Below, piece after piece: positions 57,038 to 59,735 of a stretch of DNA of 59,735 nt. How positions within the stretch are numbered: position 1 is the first letter of the stretch; every line of letters begins with the position of its first letter. The position numbers and the translations under genes were made by a program. Under the pieces are notes generated by a model. That model saw only the letters and a list, made by a program, of their open reading frames with translations. It was not told the origin of the DNA and ran no database searches. Source of the DNA: Chloroflexota bacterium (GTDB lineage: Bacteria; Chloroflexota; Limnocylindria; P2-11E); the NCBI GenBank assembly GCA_005882765.1, contig VBDV01000113.1, forward strand, positions 1 to 59,735, written 5' to 3'.

Positions 57038-58264
57038 GTGACCAAACCAGATGTCGTCGTGATCGGCGCCGGGCAGGCCGGTCTCTCCGTGAGCCACGAG
57101 CTGTCGGCCGCCGGCGTGGACCATGTTGTCCTGGAGCGCGGACGCGTCGGCGAGACCTGGCGTGGACGCTGGGACACCTTCTGCCTCGTCACGCCGAACT
57201 GGACGGTTCGACTTCCGGGCGGCGCATATGCGGGCGACGATCCGGACGGATTCATGCCGCGCGACGCGATCGTCGCGCACCTCGAGTCATACGCGCGCTC
57301 GTTCAAGGCGCCTGTCCGCGAGCGCGTAGCCGTGACCGCGCTCCGTCCGATCGCCGACGGATTCGTCGTCAACACGTCCGAAGGCGAGCTGCGTCCAAAA
57401 ACGGTCGTCGTCACGACTGGCGCGTACCAGAAGGCACATCGTCCTGCGGCCGCCGCGTCCTTGCCGCGCGGCCTGTACGCGATCGACGCCGAACGCTACC
57501 GCAACGCTGAGGCACTTCCGGCCGGAAAGATTCTGATCGTCGGCAGCGGACAGACAGGGTGCCAGATTGCCGATGAGCTCCACGAGGCAGGACGAGACGT
57601 GTTCCTCGCCTGCGGGCGCGCCCCGTGGATCACCCGTCGGCTCGGTGGCCGTGACTTTCTGGCGTGGCTGTCCGAGACGCCATTCTTCGACTTCGCCCTT
57701 CGCGATCTCCCGTCACCGGAGGCGCGCCTCATCGCCAACCCCCAGGCGACCGGACACGGCGGCGGCCGTGACCTCCACTACCGCACCCTGCAGCGGCTCG
57801 GTGTGAACCTTGTAGGGCACTTCGTCGGCGCCGACTCGACGCGGCTCCAGTTCGCGGACGATCTCGCGGAATCCGTCGCGTTCGGCGACGCGCGCTATGT
57901 CGATCTATGCCTGCTCATTCGGAGGACCTGCGAGAGCCGCGGCGTGGCGCCGCCGGATCTGCCGCCACCGAGCGCGTTCACCGCGGCCGCAGCCGAGAGC
58001 GTTGATCTGGCGGGATTTGGAGCGATCATCTTCACGTCTGGTTTTCGTCCGGATTACCGCTCTTGGATCCACGCCGACGATGCCTTCGACGCTCTTGGTT
58101 TCCCGATCACGCAGGACGGGCAAAGCACCGTCGTACGAGGACTCTACTTTTGCGGGGTTCACTTTCTGCGCAAGCGGAAGTCGTCGATCTTCCTGGGCAT
58201 CGGCGAGGACGCGGCGATCGTCGCGCGTTCGATCGCCGGCGCACCCGCGGTGACGACCGCTTAG
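57038..58264 (+). CDS. Flavin-containing monooxygenase family FAD/NAD(P) oxidoreductase
   Basis: GAGQAG, W..RWDTF...TPNW, GSGQTG.QIA, GLYF. Confidence 0.9.
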   Translation: MTKPDVVVIGAGQAGLSVSHELSAAGVDHVVLERGRVGETWRGRWDTFCLVTPNWTVRLPGGAYAGDDPDGFMPRDAIVAHLESYARSFKAPVRERVAVTALRPIADGFVVNTSEGELRPKTVVVTTGAYQKAHRPAAAASLPRGLYAIDAERYRNAEALPAGKILIVGSGQTGCQIADELHEAGRDVFLACGRAPWITRRLGGRDFLAWLSETPFFDFALRDLPSPEARLIANPQATGHGGGRDLHYRTLQRLGVNLVGHFVGADSTRLQFADDLAESVAFGDARYVDLCLLIRRTCESRGVAPPDLPPPSAFTAAAAESVDLAGFGAIIFTSGFRPDYRSWIHADDAFDALGFPITQDGQSTVVRGLYFCGVHFLRKRKSSIFLGIGEDAAIVARSIAGAPAVTTA

Positions 58265-58333
58265 GGCTCCCGTCCGCGGCGGCGAGGCGCTACTCTTTCA
58301 ACTGATGGCGTCCCACGGAGCGATTTCCCGGTC

Positions 58334-59735
58334 GTGAGTGCGTCCCCAGCCCTGGGGACGACGAAAACGGCGCAGCCTAACCAGATTCCACAAGACGCGG
58401 GCCTCACCGAATACGAGGCTGCCCTCGTGCGCGAGCAGATCGGCCGCGAACCGAACGGGCTCGAGTGGGCGATGTTCGGGGCCATGTGGAGCGAGCACTG
58501 CGCATACAAGCACTCCAAGAAGCTCTTGCGCACGCTGCCTTCACGTGGAGCGTCAGTTGCCGTCGGTCCCGGCGAGAACGCCGGAGCCGTCGATCTCGGC
58601 GGCGGTCTTCTCTGTGTCTTCAAAGTCGAGAGCCACAACCATCCGTCCGCCATCGAACCGTTCCAGGGAGCTGCCACCGGTGTCGGCGGGATCCTGCGCG
58701 ACGTCTTCGCGATGGGCGCGCGCCCGACCGCGGTGCTGAACGCGCTCTTCTTCGGCGATCCGGCCGATCCCGCCGTCCGCCGCACGATCTCGGGCGTGAC
58801 CGGCGGCATCTCCTTTTACGGAAACTGCGTCGGCATCCCCGACGTCGCCGGGCACATCTCGTTCGAGCCGTGCTACGCCGATAACCCGCTGGTCAACGCG
58901 ATGTGTGTCGGTTTCGCACGCTCCGAAGATCTCCGCAAGGCGAGCGGCGCGCGACCGGGCAGCGCGGTGTACCTGGTCGGTAGCGACACCGGCCGCGACG
59001 GGATCGCTGGCGCGTCGCTGCTCGCGTCGTTCGAGCTCGGCTCCGGGTCGGATGCCAAGCGTCCGTCGGTCCAGGTGGGTAATCCGTTCCTTGAAAAGCT
59101 GCTGCTCGAGGCCACGCTCGAATTGGTCGACGCCGACGCGATCGAGGCGGTGCAAGACCTCGGCGCCGCCGGACTGACGTGCGCCGTCAGCGAAGTCGCG
59201 GCAAAAAGCAGGGTCGGCATGCGGATCGACGTCGCGCTCGTGCCGCGCCGAGCGCAGGCCATGACTCCATACGAAGTGATGCTCAGTGAGTCGCAGGAGC
59301 GAATGCTCGTCATCGCGCGCCCCGGCCGCGAGCGCGATGTCGAGCGGATCTTCAAGAAATGGGAATTGCATGGCAGCCGCATCGGCGAAGTCACCGCCGA
59401 GCCAACCCTTCTGATCTACGACGGCGATAATCCCGTTGCGTCGCTCCCGCCGCGATCGCTAGCAGACGATGCGCCTGAGTACGACGTCGCATCGTTGGCT
59501 GACGCGTTCGCGGCTTCGGGCGAGGGGTCCGTCGTCCTCGGGGGGCCCTCCCTCGACCACGTAGGGTCTCGGGTCCCCCTGCGGGCGCCGGCCCCCTCGC
59601 CCGAACCGCAAGCGATGACCGCCAAGATCGGCCTCGAGCTTCTCGATCTGCTCGCGTCGCCGGCGATCGCGAGTCGGCGTGTGATCTATCGGACGTACGA
59701 CCAGATGGTCGGCACGGACACCGTCGTCGGTCCGG
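58334..59735 (+). CDS. purL: FGAM synthase subunit PurL (partial, runs off the window)
   Basis: MWSEHCAYK, KVESHNHPS..EPFQGAATGVGG..RD, DLGAAG, SESQERM. Confidence 0.96.
   Translation, partial: MSASPALGTTKTAQPNQIPQDAGLTEYEAALVREQIGREPNGLEWAMFGAMWSEHCAYKHSKKLLRTLPSRGASVAVGPGENAGAVDLGGGLLCVFKVESHNHPSAIEPFQGAATGVGGILRDVFAMGARPTAVLNALFFGDPADPAVRRTISGVTGGISFYGNCVGIPDVAGHISFEPCYADNPLVNAMCVGFARSEDLRKASGARPGSAVYLVGSDTGRDGIAGASLLASFELGSGSDAKRPSVQVGNPFLEKLLLEATLELVDADAIEAVQDLGAAGLTCAVSEVAAKSRVGMRIDVALVPRRAQAMTPYEVMLSESQERMLVIARPGRERDVERIFKKWELHGSRIGEVTAEPTLLIYDGDNPVASLPPRSLADDAPEYDVASLADAFAASGEGSVVLGGPSLDHVGSRVPLRAPAPSPEPQAMTAKIGLELLDLLASPAIASRRVIYRTYDQMVGTDTVVGP
59491..59628 (+). repeat. In-frame palindromic insert within purL
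   Basis: GCGGCTTCGGGCGAGGGG (59510-59527) pairs with CCCCTCGCCCGAACCGC (59593-59609); further nested stems. Confidence 0.7.

Noticed and set aside
1-59735. Many long overlapping or antisense ORFs in the six-frame track (e.g. 2082-3476+, 11865-13358-, 49484-51280-)
   Set aside because: Shadow ORFs expected at high GC; they are Arg/Ala/Pro-rich, lack motifs and lie opposite clearly recognisable genes

Overview
GC-rich bacterial chromosomal segment. Gene content and the GAAC-N4-GTTC LexA boxes suggest a Chloroflexota-like or otherwise monoderm organism, which is inference only. The window contains an OmpR-type two-component pair, an aldehyde dehydrogenase, a radical-SAM-like/obgE/nadD/rsfS/tRNA-Ala unit, and a complex I cluster that has nuoA,C,H,J,K,L,M,N but lacks nuoB, D and I. 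It also has cell-envelope enzymes, tRNA-Asp, an SOS operon (lexA, two AlkZ-like glycosylases, dinB), rplI, and a long purine cluster (purA, guaB, guaA, purD, E, B, C, S, Q, L) interleaved with accessory genes. The strongest candidate for an undescribed system is an operon of two translationally coupled, diverged DnaB helicases, one carrying a 419-aa homing intein. It has a LexA box against a leaderless -10 element and a 12-bp-periodic DnaA-box-like array upstream. Other notable signals are a repeat family of ~80-bp MIRU-like intercistronic inserts, large palindromic inserts (one in-frame within purL), three apparent pseudo-enzymes (Ser-sortase, motif-less radical SAM, MNT-HEPN fusion) and many apparently leaderless genes. 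All assignments are by motif recognition; no searches were run.
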